Shown here piece after piece: positions 21,930-34,400 of a stretch of 64,000 nucleotides of DNA. The stretch's first letter is position 1, and each line of letters begins with the position of its first letter. Position numbers and translations under genes: made by a program. The notes under the pieces were generated by a model. That model did no database searches. It was not told the DNA's origin and was given only the letters and a program-made list of their open reading frames with translations. Source of the stretch: Thalia democratica (taxonomy: Eukaryota); assembly GCA_965202585.1 (NCBI GenBank), contig OZ241829.1:8618001-8682000 (forward strand). Reading direction: 5' to 3'.

Positions 21930-21970
21930 TGGTGTACAAAGGAACATTTCGATTATCGAGTCGTACACCA
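21930..21970. repeat. 41-bp palindromic dispersed element, copy 2
   Basis: TGGTGTACAAAGGAACATTTCGATTATCGAGTCGTACACCA; 35/41 identical to 8460-8500. Confidence 0.8.
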
Positions 21971-24900
21971 CATGCCTATATAACTTCTTACAAAGTATTA
22001 CACATAACTTTTTTTATCATCTAAATATTTAAATATTTAGTAATAAAATTATTATTTAAAATAAATTTATTCTACGATTAAAAAGTTTTAATTTTTGTCA
22101 TAAAATTGTAAATTTGATTATATTCTACAACAAATTTGTTTTTTAAAACATGACAGCTTAATCATTCGCTGCCTTATATTAAAATTAAACATTCCGTGTT
22201 AATTAAACACCGAACTTAATTTTTCTCGGCTCCGCGTCTCAGGCTGTTGTATGTGCTCAACGTGACAATTGGAAGATTTTCGTCACTTTAACAGCGATTT
22301 CGAGTGGTGATTTATCGTGTGTACGAGGTATATTGAACATTTCGACTTGTGCTTATTAAAAAAACAAGTCGCTTGTGTAAACTGGCTGGGTGATTAATTG
22401 TCTGTAAGCTGTAAAGGGACTTTCTATACGGCTACTTGAAACTTCATGTGTTTAGTTTGGTAAGCCGAATTAGATAGATGTGCAAACAAAATTTGTGTGT
22501 AACTTAAACAAACATTATACGTTTCTCAAAGACAATTGTTATTATCAGACTATGTTTAAAATAGATTTTTTTAAAGTTTTTTCTCAAACTGTCTTGAAAC
22601 AATTTTTCTTAGTTTGTTTAATATTTTTTGCGTTCCAGTCTAGCAAAATATTAAAAGACATGAAAGTATTGGTTTAAATATTTTTAACTTAAAAAGGCTT
22701 ATTGTAAAGCTTGCGGTAGTAGTCTGTTATTTTTTTTCTAAAAACTGAGTAATTAAGGAAGTCTTTTATACGTTTTGGTGGAAATAAAAGCTTTCTTTTT
22801 TTCATCCTTTAATCCCTGTTATAAATCAACAAACTCATCGAGTATAAGTAAACTACAATTCAGCTATAATAGCTGTAAGACCCATACCAAAGTACATAAA
22901 CTCACCAATTTTTACTACTAAAGCAAAAAAATAAACCCCTTTTATACGACTCTTGACCTTTTGCCATTTTTCTTATCAGCAGACAGTTTTAATTAGAAAG
23001 GGGCCACTTTTTTCGAGCGCAGAGGCTTGAAAATTCCTTTAAAGCGGCCCATTGTGCAAATACTCGGCTGCTTGCTTTTTGTTTTCGCTGCTCACTTGGT
23101 TTCTCACCTTGCAGTGGCGCCAACGATCATTGGTCGATCGGACGAGGGTGATTAGCAATTAGCAGGTCAATCAGCTCACTATTTTTCCCACTGAATTTCG
23201 TAACTTGAGAAGCGTGTCGGATTGGAAAAAAATAAAATGTTTTTTAAATGTATGCTACAGACTAAAGCTTGTTGTAAGAGCTAAAATTAGTGTTTTAAGT
23301 TATCTAAAGCAAGTTGTTACATTATCATTATTCAGTTAAAAAAAGTTGCCTTTTCAAACTTGAAGTTTCTGATTATGTTATCGAAAACTTTTTAGAAAAG
23401 CTAAAAATAAACCGGTAATATGCAAACTTAGAAAATTCAAATTGTAAATACTTTAAAACCGAATTAGCAATATCTATAAGGCTTTTTAGTTAGCATCCAT
23501 TTTTTTTCGACTACTTTAAAAATCATACTATTATATTATAGTTTTAGTTGTATTGTTTGGCCGTACTTTTATTACTTATAGTTTTTAATAACGACATTAG
23601 TATTTGAATAAAACAATATTTATCTATGTGAAAACAATTTAAATTTTGTAAAATGAGGACTAGAACTTTAGTTTACACCTTTATTTGAGCTAAAATCTAT
23701 GGTTTGTTGTTTATTTTTATTTTTCAATTTCCCATCAAAAAAACCTAGTTGAATACGGTGATGAGTACTTTCTTATTATTCTCTTTCTTGAGCTTAATAT
23801 GCGAAACAGATTTTCATTTAGTAAAGTAAAATAATATCATTTCTATTACTACAACAGAAATATGATTTTAATTGGCAAGTTACACTAGGTATAAAATTCA
23901 AATACTAAATATTAAAAGTTTTAGTTAAGTTTATCCTATTCGACAAAGAATAAAATTATATACTATATAGCTTATTGCACCACTAAAACTTTTTGGTCAA
24001 ATCCCTTTTAACTGTGAAATCACGGTTCGAAAATCGGTTGACCGAAAATAAACAGTTGTGTACGAATGTCGCGTTGTGGTCTTGTATCAGAAGTTATTTT
24101 GACAGTGAGGCTGCTCGTTCATCTGGCACACCTGTGCTTAACTTCAAAGCAGGCGATATAATCTAATCGATTTATGCTCTTTGACACTTCTTTTAATATT
24201 AGCGGATTGTAAACAAACAAAAAGCTGCTTTATTTGCGGCGGCATTAAACTTCAAAGGCGTCTTATTCGTTAACAGTTTAAAATAGAACTTTTGGTGAAA
24301 AACCTGGATTTTAACCGTCTAAGCTGTTTTAAACTTTGGTTAAAACAATTTATTTTAATATTCTTTTATAACTGATATCCTTTAAGATAAAACAATGGTA
24401 AGTTTTCCATTAACACTTTTTTCTTGATTTATTGTATGGGACTTAAGTTGTTTTTAAATAGAGCCATAAAGTTATTCTTACAGATTTGATGTTACACGGT
24501 TTGAGATTTTACTTTTTAAAAATACTTATTTTTAATTTCAATTAGCTAAAGTTTTAAGGCAAATTTTAAGTTTATGTTTAAATATATGGCGTGTAACAAA
24601 CTCCAATTGTGGTTTATTTGCAGTAGAAGTTATTTGAATTTTTTTCACATAGTTTGATACAATTTTTCATTTATATATATCTAAAGAAAATAATTAGTAG
24701 AAATATAGTAGTTTTACTAAGTGTGATATAGTTGCTTAAAAGTTAATTCGTAATTGATTTTTCAGTTAAACGAACAAAAAAACTAGTTTAAAGGTTTTCT
24801 TTTGTTACCCGAGTTTAATAAAACCGTTTTATTTAATAAAGTTTTAATATGTATACTTTGATGGAATTTTTATACACTGATTAAGGTAATAACTATACCA

Positions 24901-27900
24901 AATATAGAATTAAAAAATCAACACTTTGTTTGAAAAAACTTTGTTGCTTTTTAATGTACGCCTATAAGAATAACTTCTGTACTACATATAACAATTTTAA
25001 TTGAAACTACTTAAAGTTCACAAATTGATTCATTGTGAACATGTTTCGATTCTGTTCGTTTTCTAATGGGAATTTTCACTTAGTTTCACACATTCTCTAA
25101 ATACTTATTAATTTAATAATAATTAATTAACACTGTTTAAAAATTCATCTAAACTAGTAAAGAAAATATTGTTATAAAAAGTATTATTTAGCTAAATAAA
25201 AAAAACTTTAAATAAAGTACTTAAATACTTCTAAAAACATTGTAATTAAGTTCACACATAAAACTGTCAAATAAAATTTTGTTTTGAAATTACTAAAAAA
25301 CTATCTTATATTTGTTAAGTACAAATTCAAAGTTTTGTTTTTTTGTTGTAATTAAACACTTTTTGACAAGTTTTAAATTAAAGTAAAATCAAGACACTTA
25401 ACAAATTAAAACAAAAGATTTATTTAAAATATATTTATGGTATCTAATAAGCTTTCATTTATTCAAACTTGCCATGTTACTGTTGAAAGATAACAGTTTA
25501 AATATTAGTAAATAGCATAATAACCAAATTCTAACCTGTAAACTTAATCATTAAATACTGAAAATTGATCAAAAAATTCACTTACAATCTACATCCAACC
25601 AAATTAGAACGGTTAGCATCTACCGACGCGACACACTAAATATATATTAAAAATTTCTATTTAAAACCGATGTAACTTGTGTAGCGCAGATAGCCGAGTA
25701 ACGCGCTTACAACTTTAAAACAAGCGGCAACCTTTTTGTACTTTCCAATAAACAAGTCACGTTCGGGCTATTAACTCTCATGCGTTCACGAACTTGGTAT
25801 AAATCAACTCTTTGATATCTAGAAGGTTGTTGTGGGACACGTTTTATTGGTTGTAAGTGAGTGGTGACCGTGTGATTGTTAATTTGTATGAGGTGATTAC
25901 CGCTCATGTACACAAGAGGGCAGTTTGTATTATAAATTAAAATTAATTGGAGATGCTGTGAGACAATAAGTACATCAGCAAGTACAATAATGTTGAAATA
26001 ATTAAAAGTCTACAACGGCATTTTATTGTGTGTATTTCATAGCTTTATACACAGTGTAGGTTTTGTACTTTTTATAAACAATTATACTTGTGTTTATTTA
26101 AAACTAATAAATGTATAAACACGTAATTAAAAGCTTATCATTGAAAAAAAATATTTATAACCCTAAAACAATTTTTAAGTGATACCACAAATATATTTTA
26201 TTTAATATTTAAAGAAATGTTTCAATACTACGTTGTTTCTACATGTTTGAGGCTAACATTTCAAAGAAAACTTTTTGTAACCGTCTGAAAATTAAATAAA
26301 CTTTAATCTAAGTTCTGCTGACTTATTAAAAAAGTATAAAAACAGTTTTAAGTTTTTTTTTGCTTCATAAAAAACACATTATTCAAAAAATACACTTATC
26401 ACTTGTTTATGACCACAACATATTACTGGTTTAAACTTTAAGTTTCAAAATTTCGATAATAAAATCTTTAACAAAACTACTAACTGATAGACTTTATAAA
26501 ATAAATGATTTTTTAAAATTATTCAAAATTTTACTTTTATTCAAAATTACACTGAAGCCTGATGTTAGCGAATCAGCAGGGAACAAATTTCTGCTAAGGC
26601 TTCCAAATATAAAAATTATACACATACACCCAAATAAATATTTATATATATATATATATTAGTAACTACCACATAACATGATGCCTGATGAGACATCCGT
26701 GTTTACCGTCAACAAGATCAGACGCTGAATCGAGTTAAAGCTTCCACAGCGCGTTGTGACGTCACAATGAAATTTCTAACGTGATGTCACACAGAGCGGC
26801 ATATGCTCCCGATTCGAATCTGCAATGACAACAGAGACGCGTAGCAGTTGGGCGTTAATTTTTGTTTGGCGTGGCGAGTGCTAGCATAACGCGGACTTCT
26901 GACATATTTTCAACAAACTTTTGAACCGCGAGCTAAAAATAATTAAATCTTGAGGAAACACAAAAGTTATATTTACATATTCAAAATATGTTTTTTCTAT
27001 CTTTTTAGTATTTAAACTACAATTTTTTAACTAACTGATGCTTTTCATTTGCTACTTTAAACTTTTAGTTGAAAAAACCCTAACTTTCAAGCATAAATGA
27101 AGGTTTACAAAAAGATTACTCATTTATTAGGCTTACTTTTTTAAATCACAAAGCAATAAGTTGTTAACATTCCTAACTTACTTTTGCAACTTATACTTGT
27201 AGAAGCGAAACGTCAAAACCGGTAGAGTTTTATTACAACACGTTTTCAGCCACAAAAATTGTAGCTTAAACATATATCTGCGCAAACAAACAGTAAACGT
27301 TTCATATGGCAAGTATCTACACTGCCTTTGAACTTTGTCAAATCACCTTAAACTATCGCGTAATAGCTTAAAGTATTTGCAAGTCGCGCTAACAACGGCT
27401 TGCGGTGCAATTCAATTGAAAATTACCCGCCTTATCTGCGTTCAAACACGAAAAAGCGATTAGGTAATTCTTTGGAGCGAGTTTTCCTGCGTGCAAGTGA
27501 TGAAATTGCTCTAAGCCCTTGTCGCTTACAGTTAGCAGAGTGTCAGGTGACATTTTTAACCCGCGCAATCTTCTAATTTCGGGTTTGTTTCGCGGCATTC
27601 TGTCAAAGGGTCGTTGAAAACTGATGCTTTTGACCCTGCTTGTGACGTCATTAAAAATGAATTTTGTCCGCTCGCTCGTAACGTTGCTGTTCTTAACGTT
27701 TGCTGCGTTTTAAAACTTTCGGTTTGATAGAATGATTGTTACTTTAAAACGGTTTATTTTTAGTTTAAATTAAACTTTAGAAATGGTGTTATTTAAATTT
27801 TAAAACTTTTACTTTAAGTAATTTATTTTGATATGAGATATCATAGCTACTTTTTGTTAACTTATTTAAGTTGGGTATTAAATAATTGAAAAAAATGTTG

Positions 27901-28255
27901 AGCTACAAGTATTGTCTTTTTACATAATAACAGCAATAAAGCGTGAAATCACAATAAATTATAGTAAAAAGTGTATTTTCCTCATACTTTTCATCATATT
28001 TATTTCGTTTGAATGCTTGCATAAACAATTTGTACAATATTTTTAACATGATTTGTTACTTCTATCACCAATTACTCAAAAATATCAATAAAACTGAATA
28101 TCTTAAGTATTAAGTTGCGTACGGCAGTTTTTCAATTTTTTTTTTGGTTTGTACACCCCTTAATCTTGCTCACCTAAACACAAGTATAAAACTGTATGAA
28201 TTAATATGAAAATCATTAGAAAATTACTACGTTTTGTAATTTCTTTAAGCGTATG

Positions 28256-28442
28256 TACACATGCAACCTCGATAAACATGAAACTGGAGTTTTCTGCGAA
28301 GTCCTGCGTGGGGTTCGGTCTTCAGTTACAGAAGTAAAAATTATAATATTCAGAAAGGTTTATGTAAATACAAATTTCAAACTATACACATGAAACCTCG
28401 ATAAACACGAAATTGCGAAGTCCTGTGTGTGGTTTCGTCTTT
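28256..28442. repeat. Direct repeat of ~60 bp (offset ~129)
   Basis: TACACATG.AACCTCGATAAACA.GAAA..TGCGAAGTCCTG.GTG.GGTT..GTCTT at 28256 and 28385. Confidence 0.8.
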
Positions 28443-31400
28443 GAACGGCTTCAAAGGAACCACCGAAAGGTTCGATGCCGGACGCAGATAGAAACAATTT
28501 GCCAGTCGAAGAAGTCTTCCGATAAGAAGGATATCTCCACCAGTGTGAAATGCAATGTCTTACTGTTGCGGTTCGCACTGTGATCTCTAATGCCTTCTAT
28601 GAAAATTTGCAGATATATCTGTTGGCTTTCTTCGTGAAATTTTCTTGGTTTCCTTTCAGAGGTTCTTAAAGTCTTAGGAGTATGAACAGTGCGAAATTTA
28701 TCTATTACATGATTTGCCGAGATATTTATGGACATTAAAAGGCGCTTACGCTTAAAACTAAAAGCGCTTTATGTCATCTTTTTTACTAAACCCTGATTTT
28801 TTGTGAACAAAGTTTAATAGAAATGGTATTTGTGGTTGTTTTTTATACTGAACTTTTAGTTAAAAAAATTACACGTAACGAGATTAGAGTTTATTGTAGT
28901 AGTATTATTACATTATAACAATACAGCTTATGTAGTTTAAATATATTCTTTGCCCTAAATGTATTTTCACGAGTTATTGAACTTAAGCAATATAAAGTAT
29001 ATCCCTGGTTTGTAAAAGTTTAAGCTTGTTTTCAGATATGAAATCATAGTTTTATATAAAACGTTTTGCTTATACTAATTATTTAAAATCTACTACCAAC
29101 TTAAAAAGCCTTCTAAGATGGGTTTAAAAAAATAACGCTTAGTTTACACTTCATTAAGGTATAATTTATTGGGTGTTTTTAGTATGAATAATTAAACATG
29201 TAATTGTAAAATAAATGTTCAAATAATGTGCTAACAACGGGTAAGATAAGTAACAAAGCTGATACGGATCTGAAACTAACCAAAACATGATTGCAAAAGC
29301 AAATAAGAAGACAAAGACGCCAATGATAAACGCATCTACTTTGCACTTGTTCTATTTAGAGATGACTTTTTAATGTGAAACAAGATGCGTATCGCGAATT
29401 ACAAATGTTCAGCTTTGATGAGCGCTTATCTTTTCTGCTGTTTTGTGCGACTTATCTGCTTTTCAATGTGTAAAACACAACCTAACACATTCGCTGTGAT
29501 AAAAATTTCTGTTTGATCAGCCGACTGACTTAGGCTGAAAGGTAAATCTGATCTTGTGTTAGAGTTGTGTAAAGTATTAGAAAAGTTTCATTTTACAAAA
29601 ACTTTCTTGAAGAAAAATTAAAAAAACTTGTTTTATTATGGTTAGTTTCACCTAATCATTATTAGCAGAAAATAATTAAGAAGTTATAACGTTATAACAT
29701 TTGTCTAAAATGCATTGTAACAGTACTTCATGTGCATAAAACAAACACTGGTACTGCATATGGTTCATTTCTGTGTTTATGCATGAAAACTTCCTCTGAA
29801 TAAGCGTTTATAGGCGCAAAGATAGAATATATACCAAAGTTATTTGGGTAAAACTACGTAATATGTATAAGTTGGGTTTGAATAAATACTTTACATATTG
29901 AAATTTATGTTGGTTTGCTGTACAAAACTACACCAAATGAAACATTTAATTTGAAAGTTATCTACATTATGAAGGTTAGGAAATATATATGGTAAATTAA
30001 TAAAAAATTAAACTAAAGTTTATCAAACATTATTTAACTTTAAAACTTTTAAGATATTAAAATACTTTAAAGCTTATAAAACACCTTGTAGTGAGCCATA
30101 ACCTCTGACAGTTCAAACACTTTGATAGCTGCCGTGCACGCACATAAGCCGTAAAAACATTTTAAAGTCGATAAAACAAAAACGCTCATGAATATTTCCT
30201 TTTGAAAAAACACTTTGGTGATTTCATCGTCTGCCATTCGAACTGCCTTTGTCCCCTCTTATCTGCGCTTGTTTCAAACGAAACAAATCTGCTTATTTTC
30301 GACACTTTCCTGCCACCGATTAGGCGATGATTTCGGTGGTGGCGGCGGGGCCAACTCGCCTTATCACGCCGCATCATCTCGCAACAGGCGCATGGACTGC
30401 GCGGCGGCGAAATCAAAGCGAGAGGCTGATCTTGAAGTGAGGGCATGCGGGAGAACGAGAGGAGTTTTTATCACATTAGGGCGCGATTTACGGCGACTTA
30501 ATTTGTCCGTGGCCGCCGGGCGAACGCGCTGCCGTTGGTTCGAGGCGTTGAGGCAGATAAGCGGGGAAAAAGATGGCGCGATGCGATCAGAGGGGAGTTT
30601 CTTTTGAAAGCGAGGCACGCGAGGTTATTGTTTCTCAATTTGCGTCTCAAGCCGATATCCATTGACAGGGAAGGGAGGAGAACAAAAAAATTATGTTTCG
30701 GTGAAAATTCACCAAAGTGAACTGCATGCGTGCGGGTAGCACGAAAAAGTAAAAAATTACAAAAGTAAGCGCCTGTTAGACAAAAAGCAGATGTTAAAAT
30801 CTCGGTTCAGGGCGAGGTTACCAGAGTGGTCAAATTGCAATTTGGAGCCGAATGGGTATCGGGTTGAGCGATTTACGAGGATATCTGCTCGCTAAGCGCG
30901 TTTAATGCCGCTTATTTCGTGCTTTGTGCGCCAAATTACCTTTATATTAAGGGTTTTGGCGAAACGGGGATTTGTGTCAGAAGTGCACATCAAAATACAT
31001 CAAAACAAGTCAATTGTCTTCAAATTCTTTTTACAATTCGATAAAAAGAAACCTACTGAAAATGTTTTTGTTTTATATGCGCATATGCTAACATAAAATT
31101 AAACCTAAAATACGTAAAACTAAACATTACACAAGTATTAAAATATTATTTTTACTTTTTATTTACTAAAAGTTCTTATGGTATGTATTTAAGTATATAT
31201 TTCTAATCAGAAAGTACGAAAACTTATATTTTCGAATAGCTTTTATTTTGCTATCACTTTGTTTAGTTGACTTCCTACTTCAATTTATTTAAGTTCAGTT
31301 GATGATTTTAAAAGGTTAATAATGTTCTATGCTTGGTAAAAAATGTAAATATCAGACGCTTAAACAATTTAAATGCTAGAAGTCACTAACCAGACTAGAC

Positions 31401-34400
31401 GAACAAATTTTACATTAAATGTTAAGGTTTTTTACTCAAAATGTTAATATAATCGTTTAAAATACCAAATATCAATATTGGTCATGTATTTATTTGTAAA
31501 AAGGCAAAACTAAAGTTTTGTGATAATTGTTCTCTTACACTTTACTTATTTTATACATAAAACAGTATCATATATGTTGTATGTATCACGTTTATTACTC
31601 TACCGTTAATTAAGACTGATAACACTTGTGAAGAAACAGCAAGCTTCTTACGTTTACTGAGTTCAAAGCCAATTTTAACGAAATTACCTGAACAAGCAGT
31701 CATTTTTTTTGCCCTTATTGTTATTTGTCTTTTATGTTTTTTACTAAAAACCGATGCTTTTATACTGTTTCTGCTTTTATAACTGAAACATGAATGACTT
31801 GTTGAGCAGAAACAGCAATAATAAGGACAAGTTCTAAAATTGAAAAAGGTTAAGGTGACCGAGCTCAGATCCAATTTGCACGAAATTACTTTAGCGGTCA
31901 TTTCTGCTGTCCTTGTAACTAACACCTTTCGACACCCAACACCTGACAACCGGTGAAAATTGGCGGGAAATACTGGTAGTTAGGGTGTCGGGTGTCCAGG
32001 GATAAACGAGATGATCTTCTCGGACGTCCCTGTGAAAAGTTTAAGTTGTAGTGAGGGCAAGCTTTCGTGTAAATTGCAAATTGGCTTTACGTGTTCGCTT
32101 ACAAATTGTCACAACGTTTTGTTGCAGTTCGCACACAATGAGTTTAATGAGGCTTCCTGTTTACAAGTCTTTCACAGCAAAAAATGTAATATGATAACGT
32201 TGTCACAAAAACTTTAAGTTTTTTTCATGTGAAGTTTAAACAAAGATTATTTCGATCGGTCTATTTTCGAAAATAAGCACATTTACATGGGAAAACTTTT
32301 GTTATTTAAATTTATATCTTTCAAGTCTTTTTAGCAATACAAAATGTTTTAATTCAAGCTTAAAGTATATATAAATTATTTTTATTTGAACTTTATCATA
32401 CATTTCTTTCTCACCATCTCACACAGCTGCTCTGCATTTTATAAAACAATTTATAAGTTTAAAATCTGTAAGTCAAAAGTTTATAAGGTTAAAAACTAAC
32501 TTAATACATCTATTCGATCTGAATAAATCATAAAAAGCATTAAACCCAATGTCAGCAAGCAAAGCATAACTTGATAAGCTAGTACAAAAACATATTTTGC
32601 CTTGTGAGTATATAGTATTTAGGTGCTTTGCTTTTTTAAAATATTAAAATATTGAGTTTATAAGTAAAACTGTCTTTCAATTACCAAGTTGTTTAAAATA
32701 ACATTTTAGATTACTAAATTAGAACTAAACAAATGAAACATTTTACGTTGTAACAATGAAAATATTTTTAACTACTACGTTTATAAACACATATAGTAGA
32801 ACTTAGCTATATTTACACTTTAAGTCCTATTATGCAGTTTTCATTTCATATGATTGTATTTTAATATTGATAATGGTATTCAATAAAATAAGACCCTTAA
32901 TCATAGTTAAATCCTATTAAAATTTTAAAAGCGTTTTTAAGCTTAGAAAAAATATTTGTTGTCTCTTTATGTTTAAAAAAATACATAAATAACCACTGTC
33001 AATAAGTAAGGTTTACATTATCAACCAAACAATACTCAACTTAAAAAAAAAATTATTTAAGTCTTTAAGAAAATGTTTAGCACTACCAAGTAAATATTAA
33101 TGAGCTTTGTTTTGTTCAAACTTAAAGCATGAATTTATCGTTCTGTGCAGTACAGCATGTAGTGTAGCATGAATGTTGATTACTTTTAAAAATTTCATAT
33201 CTACCTTGAACTTACATAACAAAAACACCGTTGATTATCGTTGTTTTGATTTCAAAAGCACACAAACTTGCAAACATGCTTTTTAAGACTTTTTTTCACT
33301 CTCAACTTCGTAATTCGCTTAATTATTCCATTACAAAGAACAACGTTTTTTTGAATAAACCAAAACACCGTGTTTACACATGCGCCTTGTCAAAACAACT
33401 TTTCACCCAAAACTCAAGCCTCCGAGGCGATCCATCATAGCCTATTCGCTCTCAACAAAAAGTGGGGGTGGAGGACGGCCAGCCGCGAAGGCGCGATCGT
33501 AATTAGCAACAAAAACAAGCTGCCGAGAATTTCCCACCGAAAATGCGCGCAAACAGTAGCCGATTTCCGTCGCGGCGCGCAAAGTGTCAATTTTCCCCGC
33601 CAAGCGCGTCACGGGTCGGCGGGCACGTCGGTCGACGGTAGTCATGGCGACGCCTCCGCCTGACAACCCGGGTTTAAGCGGCGCGTTGCCTGGCTTCTGT
33701 TTCTTTTTTTTTAATTACTTTTGTGTGTCTAGGAAAATGAACTTAAGAGGTCGATTGTGCTGCGGAGCTCATCTTTTAAGCTGCTTTTCACAATCTTCGG
33801 AAAGTAAAGCAACTGAAAACCTCTGTGAGAAAATGTACTCAAAATAGTGTTAGTAGTATTGTTGTTTTTTACGATAACATTCATTGTTTCGTATTATCTG
33901 GCAAATAAGTGGTAACAAATTTAAACAACTCTGTTCCAGTAGCTAAAATATAACAAACATTTCTACTTAGTTACTTTAATGATTATTTTAATACTGTTTC
34001 AATGTTTTTAAGAATTAAGAACCATGATTTTTGTTATAAAAAATATATAGTACTTTTGTAAAATTTATTTTTTCTAAAGTTTTACTGTTTCATGTACTTT
34101 TTACAACAAATAAAGCACAAATTTAAAGCTAAAAGATTGATAAACGTTAAAATTCCCTTTGCAATGATCACTTTACCCGGAGCCGTTGATTGACCCCGTT
34201 TCATAGCCACCGTATTGAGCCAACTCGTCCAAAAGCGCCGAAAACTGCTAATCCCATCCACTTGAGCCTCAACTTGCAGCTCAGTTCCAACTGAACGCGC
34301 AGAAAATATTTGTGGAAATAATTTCTGCGGTCGGTTCCAGTGGAAATTTCAAGTGGCCGCTCGCGTGGCTTTTCAATTACACTTCAGTTGTTATTTGTTG

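Noticed and set aside
25680-25771. tRNA/SINE-like A-box words (TAGCGCAG, TAGCCGAGT) with GTTCG downstream
   Set aside because: No cloverleaf and a poor B-box; insufficient support.
28469-28480. B-box-like GGTTCGATGCC
   Set aside because: No A-box or tRNA stems nearby.
30186-30720. Overlapping 61-130-aa ORFs in GC-rich islands (also 33370-33847, 42025-42399, 57084-57401, 61129-61640)
   Set aside because: Open frames on both strands reflect local GC content; translations are not protein-like and lack exon structure.
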